Source: Trueperaceae bacterium
Lineage (GTDB): Bacteria; Deinococcota; Deinococci; Deinococcales; Trueperaceae
DNA: 64,000 nt
Assembly (NCBI GenBank): GCA_965213925.1
Contig: OZ243927.1
Location: forward strand, 4,320,001 to 4,384,000
Direction of reading: 5' to 3'
The notes beneath the pieces are model-generated. The model was given only the letters and a program-made list of their open reading frames with translations, had not been told where the DNA came from and did no database searches. Shown piece after piece: positions 8,482 through 19,185 of this stretch. The translations under genes were made by a program, and so were the position numbers. Position 1 is the stretch's first letter. The number at the start of each line of letters is the position of its first letter.

Positions 8482-10251
8482 TTAAAAAGCCCAGATACGC
8501 GGGATGATGAGGAGCGCGATCAGCGCGGTCAGGAGGTTCAAGGGCACGCCGATCTTGAGGTAGTCGCTGAAACGGTAGCCGCCCGGTCCGTAGACCATCA
8601 GGTTCGTTTGATAACTTATCGGCGTGGCAAAACTCGCCGACGCCGCCATGATGATGCCGATCGCGAAGGGCATGAGGTTCACGTCCAGGTCGCCCGCTAG
8701 CGACAGCGCGATGGGAAAGACGAGCACCGCTGCCGCGTTGTTGGTGATCAGGCTGCTGAAGAGCGTCGTGACCGCGTAGAGCACCGCGAGCACCGCCAAG
8801 GGCTCGCTCCCGGCTAGGGCGACGAGGCTCTGCGCCAGCGACTGCGCCGCGCCGGTTGTTTCCAGAGCTTCACCGATGCCGAACGCCGCCGCAATGGTGA
8901 TGAGCACGCGCCAGTCCACGCTCCGGCGCGCGACCGCGCCCGTGCAGCAGCGCGTGATGATCATAAGCCCCGCCGCGAGCATCGCCGCTTCTAAAATGGG
9001 CAGCAAGCCCGAAATAACCGTGAGAATCATCGCGGCGAGGACGCCGACCGCGATGATCGCCCGGTCGAAGCGCGGCGGCGTCGAGTTGGCGACGCCACTG
9101 ACCAAGAAGAAGTCGCGAGAGTTGCGCTGCTGCTCGACAAAGGACGACTTCGCCTCCAAGAGCAGCGTGTCGCCGGGGCGCAAGACGATGTCGCCGACTT
9201 TACGCCTGACCCGCTCGCCGTTTCTCGCTACCGCGATGACCACCGCGTTATAGAACGAGCGAAAGTTGCCCTCGCGGATGCTCTGCCCGACCAGCGGACA
9301 ACTGCTCGAGACCACCGCCTCGATGAGCATCCGCTCCGAGCGTTGCCCGTCGAGCTTGAAAATCTGTTTCGTGGCGGGCGTGATGCCCCGAATCTTCTGC
9401 AAGTCCGCCACCGACTCGACGATGCCGACGAAGAGCAAGCGGTCCTCCGCTTGCAGCGTCTCTTGGGGCGAGACCGCGGGCAAGATGCGGCCCTTGCGGT
9501 CGATCTCGGCTAAGTACATGCCGGGGAGCTGCCTGAGCCCCGCATCCTCGATCGTCCGGCCGACGAGGGGTCCGCTTCCCTCGACGAGCATCTCGACGCT
9601 GTACTCTTTAGGGTTGTCGAGCCACCGCGTCTTAGAGGCGTTGTTGGGCAGGAGCCAGCGCCCGGCGAAGAGGATAAAGCCGAAACCGACGAGCGCCGTA
9701 GGCAAGCCGACCCAGGCGAGCGAGAACATGCCCAGACTCGGCAACCCGGCGCGGCTCACCAAAAGCCCGTTCACAACCAAATTGGTGCTCGTGCCGATAA
9801 GTGTGCAGGTTCCCCCTAGAATCGCGGCGTAAGACAGCGGAATCATCAGCTTAGAGACGGCCAGCCCGTGCCGCCGCGCCCAGTCGTTCACGGCGGGGAT
9901 GAGCATGGCGACGACGGGCGTGTTGTTCAAAAACGCGCTGATGAGCGTGACCGGCGTCATGAGCCTGAGCTGCGCGTCAGCGAGCGACTTGGGTTTGCCC
10001 AAAAGCCGCTGCGAAAGCCAGTGCACGCCCCCCGTCTCCTGCAAGCCCGCCACGACGATGTAGAGCACGCCGACGGTGATCACGCCGGGGTTAGCGAAGC
10101 CCGAAAACGCCTGCTCGGGCGTGAGGATGCCGAAGACGAGCAAGAGGGTGAGCCCGGCGCTTAGGATGATGTCTGGGCTCACCCGCGTGAAGGTGAGCAG
10201 ACCGACTAAAAACAGCACAAGGCTTAGCGTGGACCAGGCGTCAGGGCTCAC
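8482..10251 (-). CDS. SLC13/DASS family permease with TrkA-C domains (putative sulfate transporter)
   Basis: SAFLNNTPVV, GGTCTLIGTSTNL, ITNNAAA, TPISYQTNLMVYGPGGY. Confidence 0.92.
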   Translation of the reverse strand: MSPDAWSTLSLVLFLVGLLTFTRVSPDIILSAGLTLLLVFGILTPEQAFSGFANPGVITVGVLYIVVAGLQETGGVHWLSQRLLGKPKSLADAQLRLMTPVTLISAFLNNTPVVAMLIPAVNDWARRHGLAVSKLMIPLSYAAILGGTCTLIGTSTNLVVNGLLVSRAGLPSLGMFSLAWVGLPTALVGFGFILFAGRWLLPNNASKTRWLDNPKEYSVEMLVEGSGPLVGRTIEDAGLRQLPGMYLAEIDRKGRILPAVSPQETLQAEDRLLFVGIVESVADLQKIRGITPATKQIFKLDGQRSERMLIEAVVSSSCPLVGQSIREGNFRSFYNAVVIAVARNGERVRRKVGDIVLRPGDTLLLEAKSSFVEQQRNSRDFFLVSGVANSTPPRFDRAIIAVGVLAAMILTVISGLLPILEAAMLAAGLMIITRCCTGAVARRSVDWRVLITIAAAFGIGEALETTGAAQSLAQSLVALAGSEPLAVLAVLYAVTTLFSSLITNNAAAVLVFPIALSLAGDLDVNLMPFAIGIIMAASASFATPISYQTNLMVYGPGGYRFSDYLKIGVPLNLLTALIALLIIPRIWAF

Positions 10252-10545
10252 CGCGAACCTCTTCGCCCAAACCCGCTTACTGCGGGGGTTAGCGTGGGCG
10301 TCGATCCTGACGACGTACCAATTGTGGGGGTTAGCAACACATACACATCCATACTGAAGTCACCCTACCGCCTTTATGCGTGAAGGGGTCTATAAAACTT
10401 TACGAAGTAGGTTTGAATAGCTCACCCATTTAGAGTGGCGGACTGGGGCCCGCCTCGCAGCGCGGGCGAATTCCGTTGTAAATAGGTATACCTCATCCGG
10501 CAAGCAAAAGCGTACCGCACGACCACATGGAGCACCAATTTCTAA

Positions 10546-10579
10546 CAACAAAGGGCTACTGCGCACGCAGTAGCCCTCG
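10546..10579 (-). terminator. Intrinsic terminator
   Basis: agggctactgcg-cac-gcagtagccct hairpin followed by tttgttgtt on the minus strand. Confidence 0.65.
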
Positions 10580-10612
10580 AGGTCAATTGAATTGTGAAAT
10601 TAAGCGAGCGGT

Positions 10613-10804
10613 CTAGTAACCGTCATATTCGCAGACTGAACGCTGCCAAATCTTTTTGGAGACGCGGCGCAAAAGCTGGTGCTGTTTCTGAAAACCGAGC
10701 TGCTGGTTGCTTTGAATGTCTTTAGCGAGTTCGATGAGCTGTTTGAGTGTTAGGTCGCTGCCGTCTAGGTTGTCCAGTGTTTTTTCCGTCTGACCGATAA
10801 CCAT
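10613..10804 (-). CDS. Small hypothetical protein (63 aa, MVIGQTEK...)
   Basis: GGGGG-type RBS before the ATG, terminator downstream, helical composition. Confidence 0.5.
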   Translation of the reverse strand: MVIGQTEKTLDNLDGSDLTLKQLIELAKDIQSNQQLGFQKQHQLLRRVSKKIWQRSVCEYDGY

Positions 10805-11240
10805 GTTTCCCCCATCCCCATGAGTAACAGCTATCATCTGACTGAGAACGCGCTTACGGTAACGAGAACCGCTTAGCGGCTACGTTCAAAGATGATATCT
10901 GCGCCTGTTCGTCCCGCGCGACGGTGAGACCAACAAGGCAATGTGTGAAACTTCGCACTTGAAGAAAGATTCGTCCAGCGCGCCTCCTATTACAGCTTCT
11001 TGAGTTATGGTGCGTCTTGCTGTAAGAAACAGTTTACACTACAGCTCATGAGTTTGACCAGTGTATTTTCTCACATTGTGTAAGAATTCGCGCCCTTCCT
11101 GCGCAGTTTCCGAGGTTCTTGCGGTCGAATAGTAGCATGAAGGGCTCGAGCGTCCCCGATCAGTGATCTTCAAAGACTAAAAGTTGGCTTGTGCGAGAAA
11201 TTTCGCGGTTGCGCGCTGAGTCGGGTAGCATTCTCCGCCC

Positions 11241-12773
11241 TCACCCGCTATATTCGCCCCACTCCCGCCGCAGCACGCCGCAGACTTCACCTAACGTCGC
11301 ACCAGAGCGAAAAGCGTCTAAAACGGGAGGGAACATGTTACCGTCACCTCTCGCCGTTTCACAGATTTTAGAGAGCGCTCTATCCGTCTCTTCTTGGTCA
11401 CGCTTCTCGCGGTACGCGCTCACCTCGCGCTCGCGCTTTTCTTGCGTCTCGGCGGAAAGTTCCTGAATCGGCACGCCCTCTTCGGCATCTAAGCGGAAGC
11501 GGTTCACGCCCACCACAACGCGCTCCTCTTTTTCCACCTCGCGCTGAAAACGGAACGCCGCCTCTTCGATCTCCTCTTGGATAAAACCCGCCTCGATCGC
11601 TTTGACCGAACCGCCTAAGTCTTCGATTTGACGCATGAGGTCTCCCGCTTGCGCCTCTACATCATCCGTAAGGCGCTCGACGTAATAACTCCCCGCAAAG
11701 GGATCCACCGCGTTTGTCACACCCGACTCGTACGCGAGTACCTGCTGCGTGCGCAAGGCGGTTCGCGCGGACTTGTCCGTAGGTAAACCGAGGGCCTCGT
11801 CCATTCCGTTCGTGTGTAAAGACTGCGTCCCGCCTAAGACCGCCGCCAACGCCTGATACGCCGTTCTGACGATGTTGTTCTCCGGCTGCTGCGCCGTGAG
11901 CGTGCTGCCGCCGGTTTGCGTATGAAAGCGGAGCATCTGCGACTTGGGCTCTTTTGCCCCGAACTCCTCACGCATAATCCGCGCCCACATCCGCCTAGCG
12001 GCTCTAAACTTAGCGACCTCTTCGAAAATGTTGTTGTGGCACGCAAAGAAGAAAGAGAGGCGCGGCGCAAATGCGTCCACCTCTAAGCCCGCGCTTAACG
12101 CCGCGCGCACATAGGCTCTGGCGTTCGAGAGCGTAAAGGCAACCTCTTGCGCCGCCGTCGCGCCCGCTTCGCGGATGTGGTAGCCGGAAATGGAAATCGT
12201 GTTCCAATTTGGGACGTGCTCGGCGCAGTGGGCGAACATGTCGGTGATGAGGCGCATGGAGGGCTCTGTCGGGTAAATGTAGGTGCCGCGCGCGATGTAC
12301 TCCTTCAAGATGTCGTTTTGCACCGTGCCGCCAAGCTTATCTGCAGAGACGCCCTGCTCCTCTGCTACTAAGATATAGAGCGCTAAAAGCATCATCGCGG
12401 GGGCGTTGATCGTCATCGAAGTCGTGACTTTATCTAAGGGAATATCCTTAAAAAGCGTGCGCATGTCGTCTAAAGTAGCGATTGAGACGCCCACTTTGCC
12501 GACTTCGCCTCGCGCAAAGGGGTCGTCGGGGTCCATGCCGAGCTGTGTAGGCAGATCGAAGGCAACCGAGAGCCCCGCCCCGCCCTGCGCCAAGAGGTAG
12601 CGGTAGCGCTCATTGGACTCCTCAGCAGAGCCGAAGCCCGCATATTGGCGCATGGTCCAGAAACGCCCGGTCGTGTACATCTGCGGGTAGACACCTCTAG
12701 TGTAGGGGTATTCGCCCGGCGTACCGAGTCGCTCTTTAAGCCCTTCCGGGGTGTTATCGTAAAGGGGTTCCAT
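11241..12773 (-). CDS. Methylmalonyl-CoA mutase, substrate-binding (large) subunit
   Basis: [46 protein letters not shown]; no B12-binding domain. Confidence 0.93.
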   Translation of the reverse strand: MEPLYDNTPEGLKERLGTPGEYPYTRGVYPQMYTTGRFWTMRQYAGFGSAEESNERYRYLLAQGGAGLSVAFDLPTQLGMDPDDPFARGEVGKVGVSIATLDDMRTLFKDIPLDKVTTSMTINAPAMMLLALYILVAEEQGVSADKLGGTVQNDILKEYIARGTYIYPTEPSMRLITDMFAHCAEHVPNWNTISISGYHIREAGATAAQEVAFTLSNARAYVRAALSAGLEVDAFAPRLSFFFACHNNIFEEVAKFRAARRMWARIMREEFGAKEPKSQMLRFHTQTGGSTLTAQQPENNIVRTAYQALAAVLGGTQSLHTNGMDEALGLPTDKSARTALRTQQVLAYESGVTNAVDPFAGSYYVERLTDDVEAQAGDLMRQIEDLGGSVKAIEAGFIQEEIEEAAFRFQREVEKEERVVVGVNRFRLDAEEGVPIQELSAETQEKREREVSAYREKRDQEETDRALSKICETARGDGNMFPPVLDAFRSGATLGEVCGVLRREWGEYSG

Positions 12774-12923
12774 CGTTCGATTATAAGCGGGAGGTGGAGG
12801 TTTTACGCGCTACGACAGGGGTATTTAGAACAAAGTGGACATGAGACCTTCTTGCCGTAAATGAGCCTCCTCACTAGAAAGCTCCTCGAGCTTCCTACCA
12901 CTTCATATGCTACGCTAAGCCCC

Positions 12924-12980
12924 ATGTCAGAACAAATCGGCTACTTTATCTTACCCCCGCCTGCGCCTAGCATTCGCTAG
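12924..12980 (+). other. Putative leaderless leader peptide MSEQIGYFILPPPAPSIR
   Basis: TG-C-TACGCT -10 box 7 nt before the ATG; followed by alternative pairings involving the downstream RBS. Confidence 0.5.
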
Positions 12981-13079
12981 GGACAGGTGAGAAGAGGTTT
13001 TCTACGCTGCGCGAGCGTAGCGTCATAGTTTACTACCTTCCCTGTTCTACATCACACCTCTTCACGGGAAGGACGCAAG

Positions 13080-13961
13080 ATGGAAACACCGAACCGCGGG
13101 CTCTGGTTCATCGTGCTCACCGCACTTCTTTGGGGCACGATTGGGCTCACCGCTCAGTCGCTCTATAACGTTGCTGAAATAGGGGCGCTAGGGATTATCT
13201 TCTACCGCCTCCTTATCGCCATACCTGTTCTCGGGCTCGCGCTCGTTAGCACGCTAGGACGCCGCGCCCTGACCTTTCGCAAGGTTGACCTCGGCGCAGT
13301 GTTCCTTATGGGCGTTGCGTTCGCACTTTTTCAGCTCGGCTACTTCGCCGCGGTCGCCCGCACCGGGGTCGCTGCTGCGACGCTCATCACGATTTGCACT
13401 GCGCCCGTGCTCGTGGCGCTTCTCTCCGCAGCGTTTTTACGCGAACGCCTTAGCGCTCGCGTGCTCAGCTCGCTCGCGCTCGCTGTCGTCGGCACCGCAC
13501 TTTTGGTTGACGTTCAGCCCCCTGCGCTCGCGGTGGAGGAGCAGCGGGCGCTCGGCACCCTCTTGGCGTTGGGCGCGGCGCTCTCGTACGCGCTGATGGT
13601 ACTCTCGAGCCGCCGCCTAGCCGCGCACTATCACCCGCTACAAGCCACCACCTTCGCCTTCACAGTTGCAGTACTGATCCTTTTACCCTTCTCGTTTCAA
13701 GCGATTACGGTGCAGCTTTCACCTGCGGCGTGGGGGCTGCTATGCTACCTGGGGCTCGTCCCTACGGCGCTAGGCTACGTGCTCTTCGTGATTGGGATGC
13801 GGACGACGGAGGCAACTGTGGCGAGTATCATCACGCTTTTGGAACCGCTTACCGCGACGCTGCTGGCGTGGCTTCTCTTAGGTGAGCGGCTTGGCGTTTG
13901 GGGCGCATTGGGGGGTGCGCTGCTGCTTACAGCAATTGTGCGGTTGTCAGTCAGGAAGTGA
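13080..13961 (+). CDS. EamA/DMT family transporter
   Basis: About 10 TM helices, LWGT, TAPVLVALL..FLRERL, LLEPL..WLLLGERL. Confidence 0.92.
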   Translation: METPNRGLWFIVLTALLWGTIGLTAQSLYNVAEIGALGIIFYRLLIAIPVLGLALVSTLGRRALTFRKVDLGAVFLMGVAFALFQLGYFAAVARTGVAAATLITICTAPVLVALLSAAFLRERLSARVLSSLALAVVGTALLVDVQPPALAVEEQRALGTLLALGAALSYALMVLSSRRLAAHYHPLQATTFAFTVAVLILLPFSFQAITVQLSPAAWGLLCYLGLVPTALGYVLFVIGMRTTEATVASIITLLEPLTATLLAWLLLGERLGVWGALGGALLLTAIVRLSVRK

Positions 13962-13995
13962 AATACAGGCTTTCAAGTTGCGTTATTCTCTTTCT

Positions 13996-14388
13996 ATGAA
14001 ACCCGACGCCGCTTTGCTTAAAGAGATTATGGACCATGTCGCGAATGTTGGCTATTCTCGTGAGGAAATAGGTATTGAGAATTTGGGGATCGAAGACGTT
14101 CCTACGGACAAACTTAATTACCACGTCGTTCACTTGATCGAAGAGGGTTATCTGCGGGGAAAAATTAAAACATTCCCTGATGGATACAAATCTATACTTA
14201 TCGAACGTATGACCGACAAAGGAGCGCTCTTGCTCGAGACAACTGAGAACCCGAGGTTCTTAGAGTGGGTCAAGAGCAATACAGGGAGTGCCTTTGGAGA
14301 TTTGCTACAAGGAGGGGTGCAAGGTAGTGCCGCACTTGCTTGGGGACTCGCAAAACAGTGGTTGGCTGAGAATGGCGTAAAACTTTGA
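13996..14388 (+). CDS. DUF2513-like winged-helix protein, AT-rich
   Basis: MKPDAALLKEIM...NYHVVHLIEEGYL...RMTDKG pattern; TATTCT 6 nt upstream (leaderless). Confidence 0.65.
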   Translation: MKPDAALLKEIMDHVANVGYSREEIGIENLGIEDVPTDKLNYHVVHLIEEGYLRGKIKTFPDGYKSILIERMTDKGALLLETTENPRFLEWVKSNTGSAFGDLLQGGVQGSAALAWGLAKQWLAENGVKL

Positions 14389-14420
14389 CTTGCACACGTA
14401 GACTTCAAATACTCCGGTAA

Positions 14421-14457
14421 AGAGAAGGGCTGCACTGAGCAGCCCTCTTTCCTTTTC
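14421..14457. terminator. Bidirectional terminator
   Basis: aagggctgc-actga-gcagccct between convergent genes. Confidence 0.65.
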
Positions 14458-14467
14458 CCGATAAAAT

Positions 14468-16027
14468 CTATAGCCTCGAGACCAAATCCACCCCGTCCCG
14501 AACCTCTTGTACCGAGGGCGTCCTGCGCTGCCGCATGAGGTGATGGAGCGCCGTCATCTCCTTGTCTCGCCCTGCCCCGGCTGCCGCCCTTATTTCGCCA
14601 CCTTCAACGTAGTAGGCGATAAATTTAGCCTCGTCCACGTCGCCATCGATGATGACCTCGTCCCAACTCTCCGCGTGACCGACGTAACGCAGCTTGAGGT
14701 CGACCTGACCCGTCCAAAAGTAAGGGACGCTGCCGTAAGGCTCGTCCAAACCCAGCATGTTCTTTGCCGCGATACGCCCGTGCTGCGCCGCGAGCCGCCA
14801 GTGCTCGATGCGCACGCGCTTGCCGGAAATCGGGTCCGGGTAGGAGGCGATGTCGCCTGCGACGTAGAGCCCGTCCGCCACTCGGAGGTGCGCGTCCGCT
14901 AAGACGCCGCCATCATCCGCTAGCGGGACGCCTTCGAAAATGTCCGTGGCAGGCGAGACGCCGATGCCTAAGACGACGAAGTCCGCCTCCAACGTCTCCC
15001 CGCTGTCGAGCGTCACACCCGACACCGTCCCGTTGCCCTCGAAGCTCGACAACTTCGACTCCAACTTGAAGTGCGTCCCCTTCTCGTCGTGCAAGCGCCG
15101 AAAGAGGTTGCCGACTTGGGGTCCGAGAATCTTGGCAAAAGGAACCTCTTCGGGCGCGACGACCGTCACGTCAACCTCTAAGTCTTGGAGGCTCGAGGCG
15201 AGTTCTAAACCGATGTAGCTCGAGCCGACGATCACCGCTTTTTGTCCCTTCTGAGCGGCGGAAAGAATCGCTTGCGCGTCGTTCAACGAGCGCAGTTTAT
15301 AGACGTTCTTGGCGTCTTCGCCCTCTAAACCCAAGCTGTTCGGCACACCGCCCGTCGCCACTAAGAGCGCGTCGTACTCCATCGTCTCACCATTTGTGAA
15401 GGTCAGCGTCTTCGCTTCCGCGTCGACCTTCGTGACCTCAGCCTCTAAACGCTCGATGTCTCGTTCGTCGTAGAAGCTCGCGCTGCGAAGCTCCAGAGCG
15501 GAGGGGTCCTCCGCCGCGCTCGGTCCCTTACTGAGCTTCGTGCGGTCATAAGGCAGATACGGTTCTTTGGAGATCATCACCACGCGACCGCCGAAACCTT
15601 CTTGGCGCAAGGTCTCTACCGCATTTGCGCCTGCGATACCGCCGCCTAAGATGACGAAGGTGCGCTCGTCGCTCTCGGTTGCATCAGGGGCGACCAAGGT
15701 TCGGCTGTCTTTCGCGTCACTGGGAACCTCTACGTAGATATCGTCACCGTCCACACGTACATCAAAGCTGGGCAGCGAATCGAGGCCGGGCGGCTCCAAC
15801 TGTTTGCCCTCTTTCACCTCGAAGCAGGCGTGATGCCAGGGGCAGATAATTTTACCCTCGGAAATGGTTCCCTGTGCGAGCGGCGCACCGTAATGCGTGC
15901 ACGTCGCGCCGACAGCGTAGAAGTCGCCGTCTACGTTGGCGAGAAGCACGTCCGTCTCCCCTACCGTGACTTGTTTCATCTCGCCATTTTGCACGTCGTT
16001 CGTTTGGGCTACCTTTTGCTCAGCCAT
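14468..16027 (-). CDS. Rieske [2Fe-2S] plus FAD-dependent ferredoxin reductase fusion (AIFM3-like)
   Basis: CTHYGAPL and CPWHHACF, GGGIAG, YDRTKLSK, RIEHW, VPYFWT. Confidence 0.92.
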   Translation of the reverse strand: MAEQKVAQTNDVQNGEMKQVTVGETDVLLANVDGDFYAVGATCTHYGAPLAQGTISEGKIICPWHHACFEVKEGKQLEPPGLDSLPSFDVRVDGDDIYVEVPSDAKDSRTLVAPDATESDERTFVILGGGIAGANAVETLRQEGFGGRVVMISKEPYLPYDRTKLSKGPSAAEDPSALELRSASFYDERDIERLEAEVTKVDAEAKTLTFTNGETMEYDALLVATGGVPNSLGLEGEDAKNVYKLRSLNDAQAILSAAQKGQKAVIVGSSYIGLELASSLQDLEVDVTVVAPEEVPFAKILGPQVGNLFRRLHDEKGTHFKLESKLSSFEGNGTVSGVTLDSGETLEADFVVLGIGVSPATDIFEGVPLADDGGVLADAHLRVADGLYVAGDIASYPDPISGKRVRIEHWRLAAQHGRIAAKNMLGLDEPYGSVPYFWTGQVDLKLRYVGHAESWDEVIIDGDVDEAKFIAYYVEGGEIRAAAGAGRDKEMTALHHLMRQRRTPSVQEVRDGVDLVSRL

Positions 16028-16179
16028 GTCCCACCTCTCTCAATATTATATGGTTCAGCTTACTCAACATGGGAAAAGCAAACGCTGCACCACACCGCAT
16101 TTTGTGGAGGTTGGAACGAAGTCACCACACCGTTATGAATAAAGAGATGCAACTTCTTGCAGCAAGGCAAAATAGCGAA

Positions 16180-16360
16180 TATAGCAGGTATCATCTGGTT
16201 TGAACCAACCTCACGTTATAGAACATTGTGTAGCACGCACTTCAAGTGATGAGGTTCCGCTCTCAGGCGAAGCCGTTCCGCTAGGCTTTGCCTGAGAGCG
16301 GAATTGTTCTTCGTCTGAGACCTGCGCCATTTCGCTCCAATACTTCCGATAACCGCTATA
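16180..16360 (+). mobile_element. MITE family B copy with a nested long hairpin
   Basis: TIRs tatagcaggtatc / gataaccgctata; 5' half similar to 38448-38520; internal hairpin ttccgctctcaggcgaagcc...ggctttgcctgagagcggaa. Confidence 0.7.
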
Positions 16361-16393
16361 GTGCGAGGAAGCACCCAACACCAGATTCAGGGC

Positions 16394-16430
16394 AAAAAAG
16401 AAAGAGGTCAGGACGAATCCCAACCTCTTC
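16394..16430 (-). terminator. gyrA terminator
   Basis: Minus strand gaagaggttgga-ttcg-tcctgacctctttc-tttttt. Confidence 0.7.
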
Positions 16431-16451
16431 AACTGTCTGAGAGAAAACGCG

Positions 16452-18884
16452 CTAGAGTTCTTCCTCCGCCGGCATCACCATCGCTGACACGACGCGGTCC
16501 CCGTTACCCAAACGCATGATCGTCACACCTTGCGAGGAGCGTCCGTAGGAGCTTATTTCACCGACGCGGGTGCGAATCAACACGCCGCCTTCAGACAAGA
16601 CGAGCAGTTCTTCTGTGCCTGTTACAAAGCCCAAGTTGACGAGCGAACCCGTTTTCGGCGTGACTTTGAGGGTGATGACCCCTTGTCCACCGCGTCCTTG
16701 TACGGGATACTCGCTTAGCGGTGTGCGCTTGCCAAAGCCGCATTCGGTTACAGCGAGAAGTTCGGCGGCGTCTTGCTGTTCGGCGGCGATAACGGAGAGC
16801 GAGACGACGATATCGTCCTTTTTGAGCTTGATGCCGCGCACCCCTTGCGTGGCGCGTCCGGTCTCGCGGGCGTCATCCTCGGCGAAGCGGATGGACTGTC
16901 CGTCCCTGGTCGCCAGGACGATGTGCGCCCCTTCCCAGGCGTTGCGCACTGCCACGAGTTCGTCACCGTCTACGAGGTTAAGAGCGATGAGCCCCGCCGC
17001 GTTGAGGTTGCCGTACTCGCGAATCGCCGTCTTCTTGATGATGCCCTGCCGCGTCGCGAAGACGAAGTAGCCGTCATCGTCGAAGTCTTTAACCGACAAG
17101 ACGGTAGCAACTTGCTCATCTTCGGATAGGGGCAAGATGTTACGCAAGTGATTACCGCGTGCGGCGCGTTCCGCTTCGGGCAGATCGTAGATTTTCTCGC
17201 GGTAGACGCGCCCTCGGTCGGTAAAGAAGAGCAAATAGTCGTGCGTGTTGCCGACGATCAGCATCGAGTTGATATCGTCCTCTTTGCGCTTTTGTGCGGT
17301 TGCGCCGCGTCCGCCGCGCGCTTGAGCGCGGTAAGCGGTCAGCGCGGTGCGCTTGATGTAGCCACCACGGGTGAGCGTCACCACCATGTCCTCTTCGGCG
17401 ATGAGGTCCTCCTTGGAGATGTTGCCCTCGTCGTCGCTGATGACCGTGCGGCGCTCGTCGCCGAAGCTCTTTTTCACGTCGCGAAGCTCTTTTTTGATGA
17501 CCTTGCGGAGTTCGGCCTCGTCGCCCAAGATGGTCTCGAGCCGCGCAATCTCCTCTTGCAGTTCGCGGTACTCCCCTTGGAGCTTTTCACGTTCTAAACC
17601 TGTGAGCCGCTGGAGGCGCATGTCCAATACCGCTTGCGCCTGCGCTTCGGTCAAGCCGAAGGTCTCGACTAAACCTGCTCGAGCCGTTGGACCATCCGCC
17701 GAGGCGCGAATGAGTTCAATGACCGCGTCGAGCCTATCGAGCGCAATGAGATAGCCCTCTAAGATGTGCGCCCGCTCCTGCGCCTTGCGCAGCTCATAGG
17801 TCGTGCGGCGACGCACCACGTCGGCGCGGTGGTTCAAAAAGAGCCCGAGCGTGTCTTTGAGCGACAAGACCTGCGGCGAGCGGTTCACGATCGCCAGGTT
17901 GTTGACGCTAAAGGTGGACTGAAGCTGCGTGTACTTGTAGAGCTGATTGAGCACTAACTCGGGGTGCGCCCCGCGCTTGAGTTCGAAGACGATGCGCATC
18001 CCCTGACGGTCGGACTCGTCGCGAATGTTTGAGATGTCCTCGATGCGCTTGCTGCGCACGAGCCCGGCAGCCGTTTGAATCAAAGAGGTCTTATTGACCT
18101 GATACGGGATTTCTGTGACCACAATCGACTGACGGTTGCCCCGCTCCTCAAAGCGCACCTTCGCGCGGATGCGGATGCTGCCGCGCCCCGTCTCGAACGC
18201 CTCGCGAATGCCGGAGCGACCCATCAAGCCGCCCGTCGGGAAGTCCGGTCCTTTGATGTGCTTCATCAGTTCGTCTAGCGTGATGTCGGAATTGTCCACC
18301 ATCGCGACGAGCCCGTCCACCACTTCGGAGAGGTTGTGCGGCGCGATGTTCGTCGCCATGCCGACGGCGATACCCGAGGCTCCGTTGATGAGCATATTCG
18401 GCACAGCAGAGGGCAAGACTTCGGGTTCCTCGGTGGTGCCGTCGAAGTTCTCCTTAAAGTCTACGGTTTCTTTGTCGATGTCGGCGAGAATCGACTCTGC
18501 TGCTAGCGCCATCCGCGCTTCGGTGTAGCGGTACGCCGCCGCCGGGTCGCCGTCGATGGAGCCGAAGTTGCCTTGACCGTCCACGAGCGGATAGCGCAAG
18601 TTCCACCCCTGCGCCATGCGCACCATCGCGTCGTAAATCGCGGTGTCGCCGTGTGGGTGGTACTTCTTGATGACCTCACCGACGACGCCCGCTGACTTCG
18701 AGTAGCGGCGGTTAGAGAATAATCCCTCTTGCTGCATGGCGTAGAGGATGCGGCGCTGTACGGGTTTGAGACCGTCGCGCACATCCGGCAGGGCGCGGTC
18801 TACAATGACCGACATGGCGTAGTTGATAAAACTCGTCTTGATTTCGTCTGTAATCTGGACGGGGACGATTTGACCTTCGTTCAA
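16452..18884 (-). CDS. gyrA: DNA gyrase subunit A
   Basis: [26 protein letters not shown], GyrA-box QARGGRG, CTD beta-pinwheel repeats. Confidence 0.97.
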   Translation of the reverse strand: MNEGQIVPVQITDEIKTSFINYAMSVIVDRALPDVRDGLKPVQRRILYAMQQEGLFSNRRYSKSAGVVGEVIKKYHPHGDTAIYDAMVRMAQGWNLRYPLVDGQGNFGSIDGDPAAAYRYTEARMALAAESILADIDKETVDFKENFDGTTEEPEVLPSAVPNMLINGASGIAVGMATNIAPHNLSEVVDGLVAMVDNSDITLDELMKHIKGPDFPTGGLMGRSGIREAFETGRGSIRIRAKVRFEERGNRQSIVVTEIPYQVNKTSLIQTAAGLVRSKRIEDISNIRDESDRQGMRIVFELKRGAHPELVLNQLYKYTQLQSTFSVNNLAIVNRSPQVLSLKDTLGLFLNHRADVVRRRTTYELRKAQERAHILEGYLIALDRLDAVIELIRASADGPTARAGLVETFGLTEAQAQAVLDMRLQRLTGLEREKLQGEYRELQEEIARLETILGDEAELRKVIKKELRDVKKSFGDERRTVISDDEGNISKEDLIAEEDMVVTLTRGGYIKRTALTAYRAQARGGRGATAQKRKEDDINSMLIVGNTHDYLLFFTDRGRVYREKIYDLPEAERAARGNHLRNILPLSEDEQVATVLSVKDFDDDGYFVFATRQGIIKKTAIREYGNLNAAGLIALNLVDGDELVAVRNAWEGAHIVLATRDGQSIRFAEDDARETGRATQGVRGIKLKKDDIVVSLSVIAAEQQDAAELLAVTECGFGKRTPLSEYPVQGRGGQGVITLKVTPKTGSLVNLGFVTGTEELLVLSEGGVLIRTRVGEISSYGRSSQGVTIMRLGNGDRVVSAMVMPAEEEL

Positions 18885-18914
18885 GATAAACCTCCGGGAT
18901 AGGTCTCAGCCGTC

Positions 18915-19012
18915 AGCCGTTGCGCTAGGCTTTGCCTGAGAGCGGGATTTCAGTAAGATAACGCGCTTAGTGGAACAATTTGAGACCTTCAAAGTGTGAG
19001 GATGATACCTGC
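18915..19012. repeat. Decayed relative of the 16180-16360 element upstream of gyrA
   Basis: agccgttgcgctaggctttgcctgagagcgg matches 16271-16301; gatgatacctgc matches the family B end. Confidence 0.55.
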
Positions 19013-19185
19013 GGCTCACGACTCTGATTCGGTACAACAGAGCGCGTTTTCAGACCTCCTCGAGAGCCAAAAACCGCCCTTCAGAACGTTTTATTCTAAC
19101 ATTTCGAGAGCGTCTTCTGGAACGAGTACACGACACCACCCTAAGCGCAAAAAGGTGTGAAGTTTTTACGCCTGCTACCCTCTCC

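Noticed and set aside
16211..16432. 73-aa ORF with a signal-like N-terminus
   Set aside because: It spans the gyrA terminator and a MITE, and has no RBS
18885..19140. RDRM (DdrO) box upstream of gyrA
   Set aside because: I could not find a convincing 17-bp palindrome match by eye
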